Of a stretch of 64,000 bases of DNA, positions 1 to 9,097 are shown in pieces. The position numbers and the translations under genes are program-made. This stretch comes from Methanobacteriota archaeon (GTDB lineage Archaea > Thermoplasmatota > E2 > DHVEG-1). The notes under the pieces were generated by a model that saw only the letters and a program-made list of their open reading frames with translations, was not told the DNA's origin and did no database searches. Numbering within the stretch: position 1 is the stretch's first letter; every line of letters begins with the position of its first letter. Location of the stretch: positions 64,001 through 128,000 of the forward strand of contig CAVYNH010000005.1 in the NCBI GenBank assembly GCA_963769885.1. The letters are read 5' to 3'.

Positions 1-1
1 C

Positions 2-724
2 CGCGCCCGACCCCTCGACGACGTCATCGCCGAGGTCACCGCCCTCCCCCAGAAGATCTTCTTCTTCACCGACTTCTCCCTCACCATCGACCTCGCCTAC
101 ACCAAAGACCTCTTCTGCCGCCTCCGCCACACCCACAAGAAATTCATCTGCGGCGGCAACATCGACGTCCTCGGCACCGACCCTGAACTCCTCGCCCTCG
201 CCTCCCAGGCCGGGTGCATCGAATGGATCAGCGGACTGGAGACCTTCACCCAAGCAGCCCTCGACCACGCACACAAACCCACCAACATCGTCGACGAGTA
301 CGCCGCCGCCGTCCGCGCCGTCCACCGCCACCACATGGCAATCTTTGGGACCTTCATCCTCGGCTTCGACGAAGACACCTCCGACGTCTTCGCCGCCATG
401 CACGCTCACATCAACCGCGTCGGCCTCGACTCCGTCAACTTCGCGCTCCTCACCCCCTACCCCGGCACCCCCCTATTTGACCGCCTCGACCGAGAAGGCC
501 GGCTCCTCACCAAAGACTGGGCCTTGTACGACCGTCATCACGTCGTCTTCAGACCAAAACACATGACGCCAGACGAACTCTACGCTGGATTCCGACGACT
601 CACCCGCGTCTACAGTCGACTTCCCTCGATGGGATATCGGTCGTTGCGCAGCCTCCGTGCCGGACCTTACCCATTCATCGCCACCGCCGCCGGCAACCTC
701 AGCCAATACCTCAAAGCAACCTGA
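2..724 (+). CDS. B12-binding/radical SAM family protein, C-terminal part (5' truncated by window edge)
   Basis: Frame of ORF 335..724 is open back to position 2: RARPLDDVIAEV...FFFTD...AGC..I.SGLET...GTFILGFDED...LTPYPGTPL...DW..YD..HVVF.PK.MT..EL, typical of class B (B12-binding) radical SAM C-terminal halves. Confidence 0.85.
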   Translation, partial: RARPLDDVIAEVTALPQKIFFFTDFSLTIDLAYTKDLFCRLRHTHKKFICGGNIDVLGTDPELLALASQAGCIEWISGLETFTQAALDHAHKPTNIVDEYAAAVRAVHRHHMAIFGTFILGFDEDTSDVFAAMHAHINRVGLDSVNFALLTPYPGTPLFDRLDREGRLLTKDWALYDRHHVVFRPKHMTPDELYAGFRRLTRVYSRLPSMGYRSLRSLRAGPYPFIATAAGNLSQYLKAT

Positions 725-750
725 CTCGATCCTGGATTCCCGCCTTTGTA

Positions 751-921
751 CTAATCTCCTGTTTCGCCTGCGACTACACCACACGGCTCCCTCGGCGGAA
801 CACTATACGTCAACCACACGTTCCCACCAATCACTGAGCCCTGCCCAATCGTCACCCGACCCAGGATCGTCGTCTCGGAGTAAATGATCACGTCATCCTC
901 CATAATCAGATGCCGCGGGAG
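751..921 (-). pseudogene. cysE: C-terminal remnant of serine O-acetyltransferase (CysE/EpsC, hexapeptide repeat)
   Basis: Manual translation of the minus strand gives LPRHLIMEDDVIIYSETTILGRVTIGQGSVIGGNVWLTYSVPP..., matching the CysE consensus RHP.+EDDV+IY..ATILG.+TIG.GS+IGGNVW+T.SVPP. There is an in-frame TAG just upstream and no N-terminal domain. Confidence 0.75.
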
Positions 922-1008
922 AAAAATACTGAGCTAGAGTGCAATCCCCATGGAAGTAATAGAGGATATTTTTTAGCGACCTCCAACAGGAGAAAAAAAA
1001 GTACAAAG

Positions 1009-1081
1009 TGCCGCAGGAGGGGATCGAACCCTCGACATCACGGTCTTCAGCCGTGCACTCTCCCTGCTGAGTTACCGCGGC
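1009..1081 (-). tRNA. tRNA-Phe (GAA), no intron, CCA not encoded
   Basis: Reverse complement GCCGCGGTAACTCAGCAGGGAGAGTGCACGGCTGAAGACCGTGATGTCGAGGGTTCGATCCCCTCCTGCGGCA folds as a cloverleaf; anticodon arm CACGG-CTGAAGA-CCGTG; TTCGA T-loop. Confidence 0.97.
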
Positions 1082-1113
1082 AAAGAAACCCCAGACAAAA
1101 CACCACGGGTATT

Positions 1114-1434
1114 TTATCCGAGCTCCGACATGATGTCACTAATAGTCCCACTCATCTCTTTAAGCTTTGCCTTCAACACCGGAATCGCCTTGTTCACCGA
1201 CTCCGTCGTCACCGCCCCCTGCGGCGACGGCTCAATCAACCCCTCCTGCTCCAAAATCCGCAACGAATACCGCACCATATGCTGCGGATGCTTCGTCAAC
1301 TCACTAAGCTTAATGATCCCCGCCGGCTCATTCTCCTTCAACGTCTTCAACACCAGCACATGCCGGCGCAAAATATCAAGCTCAGTCTCAATCACATTCG
1401 TCAACACAATACGGTCCTTCCGCTCGGATTTCAT
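1114..1434 (-). CDS. Archaeal winged helix-turn-helix transcriptional regulator
   Basis: 106 aa; RH+.+L..+..NEP.GI.KLSE....P.H.VRYSLR+LE.EGLIEPS.QGA is a conserved euryarchaeal wHTH pattern. Confidence 0.8.
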   Translation of the reverse strand: MKSERKDRIVLTNVIETELDILRRHVLVLKTLKENEPAGIIKLSELTKHPQHMVRYSLRILEQEGLIEPSPQGAVTTESVNKAIPVLKAKLKEMSGTISDIMSELG

Positions 1435-1552
1435 GTCCTAAAATACCCCCAAAGCTAGGATACTTGCTAACACACGTAATTACCAACCTATATTTAAAAT
1501 CTCCCCGAAACACAAACTACATAACACCACACCAAACTACCACACCCCACCC

Positions 1553-2449
1553 ATGACGCACGCCCTCACCACCACCTGGTTCGGCACCTTCCTCCTCCAC
1601 AACAACACCATCACCCAACACATCCTCTTCCCTCCCACTCCCACCGACATCGCCGACCGCCTCCACCACATCCACACCAACCGCATCCTGCCCGAAGAAC
1701 ACGCCCTCGCAGACCACCACCCTGACCTTCTCATTAACGAAAAACGCCTCGAACCCCTCGGCCATTACAACCCCACCAACCCCATCTTCCGCCACACCCC
1801 AGACCCCACCGCCTACGGCATCTCCACAAGCCTCCTCCACGACGCCGCCCTCCACCTCACCAAACAACAAGTCACCGCACAACTCCGCCGCCCAGACCTC
1901 GGCATCATCCAACAAGTCAACGCCCTCGACAACCTTATCCAGACCGCCAACCTCCTCTCTGAACGACTCACCAGTTGGAGCCAACTCCCCGACACCGAAG
2001 GCAAACGACAGCCCTTCGCCGCCGTCCTCTCCACCGTCAACGCCGAAATCGACCGCCTCCAAACTCAGATTGACGCAGACATGTACGCCACCGCCCCTAA
2101 CTTGGCGACCCTCGCCGGCCCGCTTATTGGTGCCCGTCTTATCGCCTATGCTGGCGGCCTGGACCACCTCGCGATGCTGCCGGCCTCCACCATTCAGCTC
2201 CTCGGCGCGGAAAAAGCCCTGTTCCGTTTCAAAAAAGAAGGCGGCCGGCCCCCCAAGCATGGTATCCTGTTCCAACACCCGCTCATCAACCGCGCCCCGC
2301 GCACTGAACGCGGACGGCGCGCACGCACCCTCGCCGCGACCCTGACCATCGCGGTCAAAGCAGACGTCTTCACAAAACGACTCATCCACGAGGAACTCAG
2401 CAGAGACCTGGAAAAAAAACTCGCCGGGTTCGCCCCACGGACCCGCTAG
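1553..2449 (+). CDS. nop5: C/D box sRNP subunit Nop5 (Nop56/58), compact form
   Basis: APNL..LAG..IGARLIA.AGGL..LA.LPAST+QLLGAEKALF...PPKHGILFQHP Nop domain motifs; AT-rich TATA-like element at ~1490-1500. Confidence 0.95.
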   Translation: MTHALTTTWFGTFLLHNNTITQHILFPPTPTDIADRLHHIHTNRILPEEHALADHHPDLLINEKRLEPLGHYNPTNPIFRHTPDPTAYGISTSLLHDAALHLTKQQVTAQLRRPDLGIIQQVNALDNLIQTANLLSERLTSWSQLPDTEGKRQPFAAVLSTVNAEIDRLQTQIDADMYATAPNLATLAGPLIGARLIAYAGGLDHLAMLPASTIQLLGAEKALFRFKKEGGRPPKHGILFQHPLINRAPRTERGRRARTLAATLTIAVKADVFTKRLIHEELSRDLEKKLAGFAPRTR

Positions 2450-2688
2450 GACTCTTCCTTCAACGCGTGAAACTGCTCGTCCTGCAGCTCCTTAATGTAC
2501 TTCTCCAGCTGCTGAATCGCCATCAGCAATTTGTAGATATCCCCATCGTGAGGACCAGGAGGGACCGCAGTCTGCGGAAATTTCTCTTTACGTTTATGGA
2601 AATCCGAGGCCTCATACTTCGCCTTCAGGAGATCACGGGCCCGAATCAAGGTCTTGATCTGATCAGATAATTCTTGGAACTTGTTCAT
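2446..2688 (-). CDS. Hypothetical protein, predicted helical hairpin/coiled coil
   Basis: 80 aa with two heptad-like helices around a Pro-rich linker; fills the gap between nop5 and tgtA. Confidence 0.6.
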   Translation of the reverse strand: MNKFQELSDQIKTLIRARDLLKAKYEASDFHKRKEKFPQTAVPPGPHDGDIYKLLMAIQQLEKYIKELQDEQFHALKEES

Positions 2689-2768
2689 AGCAGTCCACGT
2701 TCCCAGCGCATACCAACCGATGACGGCTCTGAAATAAATTTTGATTAGTTATAGTTTGTGTCCCGGGA

Positions 2769-4703
2769 CTACCCGGGGAGCGTCTCCCGGGGCTTTACCG
2801 CCACGCCCACCGAAAACGCCGCCATCTCATCCGGGGAAAGCAATACGCGGCCCACTCCCAGCAGCTGATCCTCGGAATCAACGATTAGGCATTCATCACC
2901 GGGGCGCAGGCTCGGGTCACAGGAGTCGACGAACTTGGCAAACACGCTCTTGCCCTCACGGACAAACGGCATCGCATCCGCATGGACACAAACCCGCAAC
3001 AGTGGCCGTGGGAATGCCTGATGCAAACGTTCCCCCCCTGCCAGCTTCAAGGTGAACAATCCATCCTCCGCCCGCATCGAGACGACGTGCGTGTCATCAG
3101 CGAGTACGTTTCGGATCTTCTGTGTCGTCTTTGATTTTATGATCTTGAGATTGCCAGTGAAGAGGGCGGTTCCAGCCCCACGGCCGAACTGCATATCGGC
3201 GACCGCTCGTATCCGACGGTGATCGAGGTCCTCCGCCGTACCGGTGAGGCCTAGGGGGAGGTCTTCTCCGGGCTCCCATGGGACCACGGTCTGTGATTGG
3301 AGGAATTCACCAAGCCGTTTCTGGGCCTCGAGCTGGGTCTCTAGGTCAGGCGTGGCCGGGAACACGGATTGCGCACAGGGGAACATCTCGTCTAAAGCGA
3401 GGGGGACGGGGCCGAGGGTGGAGTCGACGACGACATCCGCGGCGAGGGTCGGAAGCGCGAAGACGATGGTTGGATAGGAGCTGGAGAACGGCTTGGTGCG
3501 TTCAGGGATGACGATCGTCGTCGTGTACATCGGCTCATAGCGTGTCATGAGCTGCGTGTGGTAGCGATGAAGGAGCGGGCGGTGGATCGTGGCGGGGCCG
3601 GTATAGCGGATGGCGCGGGTTTTGCTTCGCGGCTCGTGGTGTTCGAGGAATGATTGGATTGGGGGGTCTCTGAGGCGTCGGAGGGCGTCGGCGAGCGCGG
3701 GGGTGGTGGCGGCGCTGTGTTCGACGAGTTCCCAAAGCCATCCTTCGGTGATTGCGGTGCGGATGGTGCGCAGCTCCGCGTAGCTGACGTAGAGGTTGTG
3801 CAGGGCGAGGGTCTTGACGCGTTCGTCGCCGGTCATTTCCTGCAGCTCCTCGGCGGTGTATTTGGTGCAGATGGGGCAGGGGCAGGGGAGGTCGGAGAGA
3901 TCGGGGAGTCGTTCGGTGCCCCAAGGGAGGAGGTAGCGGTCGTCTTGGGCGTACTTGGCGTAGGCGGAGGAGTCGAAGAGGTCGCAGCCGAGGGCGACGG
4001 CGAGGGGGAAAAGGAGGGGGTGGCCTGCGCCGAAGAGGTGGACGGGCCGGGAGGGGTCGAGGCCTTGTTTGGCGGCGGCGATGACAGTGACGAGGTCGGG
4101 GTAGCGTTGGGTCTCCATGAGGGGGACGACGCCGCCTATGGGGTAGACGTCGGCGTGGAGTTTGGAGAGTTCTTGGGCGCAGTGGGTGCGGAGGTCTGGG
4201 TAGAGGCCGCCTTGGACGGGGCAGGCGAGCATCATGGGGCCTTTGTGTGGGAGGCTTTGTTGGGCGCGGTGGATGGTTTCGGTGATGCCTGCCTGGGCTT
4301 GTGCGTGGGTGTGGTGTGGTTCGCTGAAGATGTCGAGGATGGTGCCGATGTCGCTTTTGATGTCGCGTTGGAATTCGACGATCTGGATGGGGTCGAGGTG
4401 GACATCGCCGTAGACGTGGCTTTGGAAGGTGCCGGAGTCGGTCATGATGGTGCTGTGGAAGTGGAGGAGGCGGTGGAGGCCTTGTTTGAGGGCGGCGGTG
4501 TGGAGGTCTGGGTGTTTGTAGATGATGTAGGCGTTGGTGATGAGGATGTCGGTGTGGTAGCGTCTGGTGAGTTCGGGTGGGGGGATGAGGAGTTTGTTGG
4601 GGTTGATGACGGGCAGGAGGGTGGGGGTGGTGATGGTGCCGTGGGGTGTGGTGAGGCGGCCGAGGCGGCCGGTGGCGTCGCGTGCTTTGAGTTCGAAGGT
4701 CAT
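2769..4703 (-). CDS. tgtA: Archaeosine tRNA-guanine(15) transglycosylase with C-terminal PUA domain
   Basis: Start reassigned to MTFELKARD..GRLG; MTDSG.FQ, VQGG, HLFG.GHP, GCDLFDS, CxCxxC...HNL zinc site, PUA domain (GKSVFAKFV...LRPGDE). Confidence 0.96.
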   Translation of the reverse strand: MTFELKARDATGRLGRLTTPHGTITTPTLLPVINPNKLLIPPPELTRRYHTDILITNAYIIYKHPDLHTAALKQGLHRLLHFHSTIMTDSGTFQSHVYGDVHLDPIQIVEFQRDIKSDIGTILDIFSEPHHTHAQAQAGITETIHRAQQSLPHKGPMMLACPVQGGLYPDLRTHCAQELSKLHADVYPIGGVVPLMETQRYPDLVTVIAAAKQGLDPSRPVHLFGAGHPLLFPLAVALGCDLFDSSAYAKYAQDDRYLLPWGTERLPDLSDLPCPCPICTKYTAEELQEMTGDERVKTLALHNLYVSYAELRTIRTAITEGWLWELVEHSAATTPALADALRRLRDPPIQSFLEHHEPRSKTRAIRYTGPATIHRPLLHRYHTQLMTRYEPMYTTTIVIPERTKPFSSSYPTIVFALPTLAADVVVDSTLGPVPLALDEMFPCAQSVFPATPDLETQLEAQKRLGEFLQSQTVVPWEPGEDLPLGLTGTAEDLDHRRIRAVADMQFGRGAGTALFTGNLKIIKSKTTQKIRNVLADDTHVVSMRAEDGLFTLKLAGGERLHQAFPRPLLRVCVHADAMPFVREGKSVFAKFVDSCDPSLRPGDECLIVDSEDQLLGVGRVLLSPDEMAAFSVGVAVKPRETLPG

Positions 4704-4839
4704 GTGGTGCGTGGTGTATAGGCGGGGTGGTTTTTTTATTCTTCCCAGGGTTCGCGTTCGAAGACTTTGAGGAGGTCGTTGCGGGTGACGAGAAGGAGTA
4801 AGAGTTGTGTACGGACTTCGTTCTTTGTTATAAGTGGTG

Positions 4840-5607
4840 TTACAGGATCTGGATTGGATCGAGGATTTTTCGTAACACTGCGATGGCCGAGAGGGATGCC
4901 ATGTAGCTGGATTTGGGGTTGTTCGGGTTTGGCATGTTCTCGACTTCGGCGCGTAGTCTGCCGAAGTGGCCGTGGGCGAGGATGCGGTGGTCGATACGGG
5001 TGGAGACGGGATCGGCGACGATCTGGACGCGGGTGCGGTCGAAGCCGAGGCCGGCGAGGCTGAGGCAGGCAGCGACGTTGATGTTTTTTGGGTATTTTTT
5101 GACGGCGTCGCGGGCGCTGCCTTCATAGACGACGGTGCGTTTGTCGGCCTGGATGCCGAGGGACTCGGGGGGTTTGGTGGTGACGAGGGTGACGCTGTCG
5201 AGTTGGGCCATGTGAGCGGCGAAGATACCGTCGATGCCGCAGACGGCTCCAGAGGGCAGGTAGATGCGGCAGTTGTTTTGGCGGGCGGTGACTTCGAGCC
5301 GTTTGAGGAGGTCGGAGTCGAAGAGGCTGCCGATGCTCATGATGACGATGTCTTTTCTGGCGTCGAGGATGTCATAGGCGTATTGTGTTACGGCTTCTTG
5401 TGAGGCGGCTTCGAAGACGGTGTCGACGTGTGGTAGGAGCTCCTGGAGGCTGTTGACCGTGGTTGCTCTAGTGCATTTTTTTTCGAGTCGGTGCATGGCC
5501 TCGGGGACTTTGTCGAAGAGATAGAGGGCTTCGATGCCGGGCATCGTGTCGGCGGCGAGGGCGACGTCGGTGCCGATGGCGCCGCATCCGATGATTCCGA
5601 GTTTCAT
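4840..5607 (-). CDS. nadX: L-aspartate dehydrogenase (NAD biosynthesis)
   Basis: GIIGCGAIG Rossmann motif, EAAS, PSGA+.G+D, TKPP, GSA..A...+P.N+NVAA, NP.NPKSS; divergent from nadC. Confidence 0.95.
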   Translation of the reverse strand: MKLGIIGCGAIGTDVALAADTMPGIEALYLFDKVPEAMHRLEKKCTRATTVNSLQELLPHVDTVFEAASQEAVTQYAYDILDARKDIVIMSIGSLFDSDLLKRLEVTARQNNCRIYLPSGAVCGIDGIFAAHMAQLDSVTLVTTKPPESLGIQADKRTVVYEGSARDAVKKYPKNINVAACLSLAGLGFDRTRVQIVADPVSTRIDHRILAHGHFGRLRAEVENMPNPNNPKSSYMASLSAIAVLRKILDPIQIL

Positions 5608-5656
5608 AGGGGAAAACCAAAACCTTAAACCAGAGACCTATATAAAAGCTGACAGT
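5608..5656. promoter_or_regulatory. Compact bidirectional promoter for nadX/nadC
   Basis: 49-bp gap with a BRE-like A-run plus CTTAAAC (~5624-5630, + strand) and TTTTATATA (5639-5647, - strand); no SD motifs. Confidence 0.5.
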
Positions 5657-6475
5657 ATGGATGCTATTGACCGGTTCTTCGAGGAGGATTTAGGCAGACA
5701 GGGTGATATCACGTCTGATGCCTTGTTTTCGTCTGAAAACGCGGTGGGGGAGGTGTGGGTGAAGCAGCCGTGCATGCTCGCGGGTCTTGAGGAGGCGTCG
5801 GTGGTCTTCGCTCGAGCGGGGGCGTCCTTCTCTGGGAGGTTTCATGATGGGGATATGATTACAGAGAAGTCCGTGGTCGGGGCCGTTTCGGGTCCGGTTA
5901 AGGGGATTTTGAAGGCGGAGCGTCTGGCGTTGAATTTCTTGGGTCGGATGAGTGGGATTGCGACGCAGACGAAGGAGCTGGTCGATCTCTGCCGTACGGT
6001 GAATCCGCGTGTTCATGTTGCGGCGACGCGGAAGACAACGCCGGGATTCCGTGCTTTTGAGAAAAAAGCGGTGGTGATCGGGGGCGGTGAGCCGCATCGG
6101 ATGGGTTTGTATGATGCCATCTTAATCAAAGACAATCATTTACGGGTCATCGGGTCGGTGGAGAAAGCGGTGGCGGCGGTGCAGCGGGCGCGGCCGGGGA
6201 TGCCGGTTGAGATCGAGGTTGAGGACGAGCATGATGCGCTGGTCGCGGCGCGTCTGGGGGTCGCATGCATCATGTTGGATAATATGGATCCGTGGATGGG
6301 GTCTGCGGTCGCCTCGAAGATTCGGGCGCTTGATCCGAAGATTCTGATTGAGGTTTCTGGTGGCATCACGACCGCGAACATCGCGCAGTATGCTCGGTAT
6401 GCGGATCGCATCTCGGTGGGTGCACTCACGCATTCGGTGCGTAGCGTGGATTTTTCTCTTGAGCTGATCGGCTGA
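5657..6475 (+). CDS. nadC: Nicotinate-nucleotide pyrophosphorylase (quinolinate phosphoribosyltransferase)
   Basis: Start reassigned to ATG 5657; ED....GD+TS, AER.ALN.L..MSGIAT, TRKTTPG, HR.GL.D.+LIKDNH, EIEV, MLDN, EVSGGIT, ISVGALTHS. Confidence 0.96.
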   Translation: MDAIDRFFEEDLGRQGDITSDALFSSENAVGEVWVKQPCMLAGLEEASVVFARAGASFSGRFHDGDMITEKSVVGAVSGPVKGILKAERLALNFLGRMSGIATQTKELVDLCRTVNPRVHVAATRKTTPGFRAFEKKAVVIGGGEPHRMGLYDAILIKDNHLRVIGSVEKAVAAVQRARPGMPVEIEVEDEHDALVAARLGVACIMLDNMDPWMGSAVASKIRALDPKILIEVSGGITTANIAQYARYADRISVGALTHSVRSVDFSLELIG

Positions 6476-6553
6476 GGAAATATTTAAGAAGCATTCAGCG
6501 GTTACCATTATTAGACTTCCGTAATAATTAATGAGGGGTTTTATCGAAGGAGG

Positions 6554-7690
6554 ATGGTGAAGAGAGCTATGATGCGTAAGATGGTTGAGGATGTGATTTC
6601 TACTAACGACGTTGCTCAAACTGAGGAAAAGACCCGGACGAAGGGGACGATAAAGGTCGCCGGCGTCCAGGACGAAGAGCTTGAGGAGGTCCTGAACAGT
6701 CTGACGACCACGATCAAAGTCGTGGGCTGCGGCGGCGCCGGGACGAACACGATCTCCCGCTGCTTCGAGGCGGGGATCAACGGCGCGGAACTGATTTCTA
6801 TTAATACTGATGCGCAGCATCTGCTGCTTGCTGATTCTCCGCATAAGATCCTCATCGGGCGGCATCTGACCCGCGGCCTCGGGGCGGGGTCGCTGCCGCA
6901 GATTGGTGAGGAGGCCGCGAAGGAAAGTGAAAAAGACATCCGTGAGAGCATCATCCCAGCGGACATGGTGTTCATTACCGCCGGGCTGGGCGGCGGGACT
7001 GGGACTGGGTCTGCGCCGATCATTGCCCAGATTGCTCGTGAGGCGGGTGCGCTCACCATAGGTGTGGTGACGATGCCGTTCAACGTCGAGGGGCAGATCC
7101 GCCGGGACAATGCTGAAGCGGGGCTGAAGTCCCTGCGGGAGACCTGTGACACCGTCATCGTGATTCCGAATGATAAGCTGCTGGAGATCGTGCCGAACCT
7201 GGCGATCAACGCGGCGTTCAAGGTCGCGGATGAGGTCCTCATGCGGTCCATTAAGGGCATCACGGAGATGATCACCATGCCGGGGCTGGTGAACCTCGAC
7301 TTCGCTGATTTGAAGACGGTGATGAAGCGCGGCGGCGTTGCCCTTATCGGCCTGGGTGAGGCTGAGGGGGAGAACAAGGCCGTGGATGCGGTCGCGGAGG
7401 CGATCAACTCCCCGCTGCTTGAGGTGGATGTGACTGAAGCGACTGGCGCCTTGGTGAACGTCATCGGCGGCTCGGATATGACGCTGCGTGAGGCGGAACG
7501 CGTGGTGGAGGAGATCTACACGCGGATCGACAAGAACGCGCGGATCATCTGGGGAACGACGATCGATCCGACGATGAAGAAGTCGATCCGGGCGATGCTG
7601 GTCGTGACCGGGGTGAAGTCTAAGCAGATTTTCGGGCCGAGTGCGAAATCGAAGGATGAGGCGGAGTTCGGGATTGATTTTATCTCTTAA
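6554..7690 (+). CDS. ftsZ: Cell division protein FtsZ (FtsZ1-type context); true start may be ATG 6569/6572
   Basis: [28 protein letters not shown] tubulin signature, NLDFAD T7 loop, C-terminal GIDFI. Confidence 0.98.
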   Translation: MVKRAMMRKMVEDVISTNDVAQTEEKTRTKGTIKVAGVQDEELEEVLNSLTTTIKVVGCGGAGTNTISRCFEAGINGAELISINTDAQHLLLADSPHKILIGRHLTRGLGAGSLPQIGEEAAKESEKDIRESIIPADMVFITAGLGGGTGTGSAPIIAQIAREAGALTIGVVTMPFNVEGQIRRDNAEAGLKSLRETCDTVIVIPNDKLLEIVPNLAINAAFKVADEVLMRSIKGITEMITMPGLVNLDFADLKTVMKRGGVALIGLGEAEGENKAVDAVAEAINSPLLEVDVTEATGALVNVIGGSDMTLREAERVVEEIYTRIDKNARIIWGTTIDPTMKKSIRAMLVVTGVKSKQIFGPSAKSKDEAEFGIDFIS

Positions 7691-7756
7691 ACCCTGCCCA
7701 AATCCTTTATATATCTCTTTCCCTTTGCCCCTATCTAATTACCCTGAGGTGATACT

Positions 7757-8005
7757 GTGGCTGAGAAAGAGCGATTTCTCGAGAGAGCCTGGCGGGTTCA
7801 GCATAAGATTGAAGAGCGTAATGCGCGCATCGGCAAGGGCAAGTACGGGCGCGTCCTGAAGATGGCCCGCAAGCCGACGGACGAGGAGTACAGCCGCACG
7901 GTCAAAATCACAGGGATCGGCATCCTGGCCATCGGCGCGGTCGGGTTTCTCATCTACATCGTCCGTGAGCTCGTCGCCCCCTGGATCCTGAGTTTCTTCC
8001 ATTAA
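7757..8005 (+). CDS. secE: Protein translocase subunit SecE/Sec61-gamma
   Basis: YGRVLKMARKP..EEY followed by one TM helix; GAGGTGA SD before GTG; conserved ftsZ-secE-spt5 synteny. Confidence 0.95.
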   Translation: MAEKERFLERAWRVQHKIEERNARIGKGKYGRVLKMARKPTDEEYSRTVKITGIGILAIGAVGFLIYIVRELVAPWILSFFH

Positions 8006-8041
8006 TTCTATGAGGTTTTGAGGCGAGGAGGACAGTAGTTT

Positions 8042-8545
8042 ATGGAGAACGAGAACACGGTTGCTGAAGAGGCCCCGAAGTCCTGCATCTTTTCGATTAA
8101 GACCCAGGTCGGCAAGGAGCAGAATACAGCGGACCTGCTGACGAGCCGGGCTCGGAAGGGGAAACTGGACATCACTTCTATCCTGGTCACGCCGGAGTTG
8201 CGTGGCTACATCTTCGTCGAGGCGTTCGACGAGGAATTGATTAAGAACACGATTAAGACGATTTCCTATGCGCGCAATATGCTGGAGGGGAGCATCCCTA
8301 TCGAGCAGATTGCGCATTTCCTGACGCCGACGTCCGCGGTCGCAAAGATCACGGAAGGCGACGTCGTCGAGATGATCGCTGGGCCGTTCCGCGGGGAGAA
8401 GGCCAAGATCACCCACATCGACTACGCCAAGGAGGAGATCACCGTGGAGTTCTTGGAGTCCATGGTCCCCATCCCGATCACGGTCCGCGGCGACCAAGTC
8501 CGGATCATCAAGCGTAAAGAAGAAGACAGAAGAGAAGAGAAATAA
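8042..8545 (+). CDS. spt5: Transcription elongation factor Spt5/NusG
   Basis: NGN domain (KT..GKE, LRGYIFVEA) plus KOW (GD.VE+I.GPF.GEKA.I). Confidence 0.97.
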   Translation: MENENTVAEEAPKSCIFSIKTQVGKEQNTADLLTSRARKGKLDITSILVTPELRGYIFVEAFDEELIKNTIKTISYARNMLEGSIPIEQIAHFLTPTSAVAKITEGDVVEMIAGPFRGEKAKITHIDYAKEEITVEFLESMVPIPITVRGDQVRIIKRKEEDRREEK

Positions 8546-8560
8546 GGAGACATCTCACGC

Positions 8561-9040
8561 ATGCCAGAAATCATTGAAGCCCTCGTGGACGGCGGCAAGG
8601 CGTCCGCGGGCGCACCGCTCGGACCCGCCCTTGGGCCCAAGGGCGTCAACATCATGCAGGTCATCACCGCCATCAACGACAAAACGAAGCAGTTTCAGGG
8701 GATGAAGGTCCCCGTCAAGATCATCATCGACCCCAAGACCAAAGAGTTCACTATCGAGGTCGGCACACCGCCGGCCGCGTCCCTGATCCTCCGGGAGGTC
8801 GGCGCGGAGAAGGGCTCCGGGGTACCGTCCAAGTCGAAGATCGGGAACTTGACCATCGACCAGGCAGTCAAGATCGCGAAGATGAAGTACGACAGCATCC
8901 AGGGCAGGGACCTCAAGGCGAAGACCAAGGAGGTCATCGGCACCTGCACGTCCATGGGAGTGACCGTCGAAGGGAAGAGGCCCAAGGACGTCAACGTCGA
9001 CATCGACAACGGGCAGTACGACGCGAAGTTCAAGGAATAA
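8561..9040 (+). CDS. rpl11: 50S ribosomal protein uL11
   Basis: GGKAS.G.PLGPALGP.GVN, F.GMKVPV, VG.PP...LI, EV.GTC.SMG+TVEG. Confidence 0.98.
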   Translation: MPEIIEALVDGGKASAGAPLGPALGPKGVNIMQVITAINDKTKQFQGMKVPVKIIIDPKTKEFTIEVGTPPAASLILREVGAEKGSGVPSKSKIGNLTIDQAVKIAKMKYDSIQGRDLKAKTKEVIGTCTSMGVTVEGKRPKDVNVDIDNGQYDAKFKE

Positions 9041-9050
9041 GCCGTCCGCC

Positions 9051-9085
9051 CTTTTTTTCTCTCCCTTAAGACTCTAGCTTTTTTG
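9051..9085 (+). terminator. Oligo-T terminator after rpl11
   Basis: T7 runs immediately downstream of the rpl11 stop codon. Confidence 0.5.
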
Positions 9086-9097
9086 TCGATTCTTACC

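Noticed and set aside
910-1458. 182-aa + strand ORF
   Set aside because: It runs antisense across tRNA-Phe and the wHTH gene and has no protein-like features.
4704-5126. 141-aa N-terminal extension of tgtA in the ORF track
   Set aside because: It overlaps nadX in another frame and is low complexity; family homology starts at MTFELKARD (4703). The same logic was applied to extensions of nadC, PHP, DHH, pibD, tsr3, xpd and the 752-aa and 802-aa ORFs.
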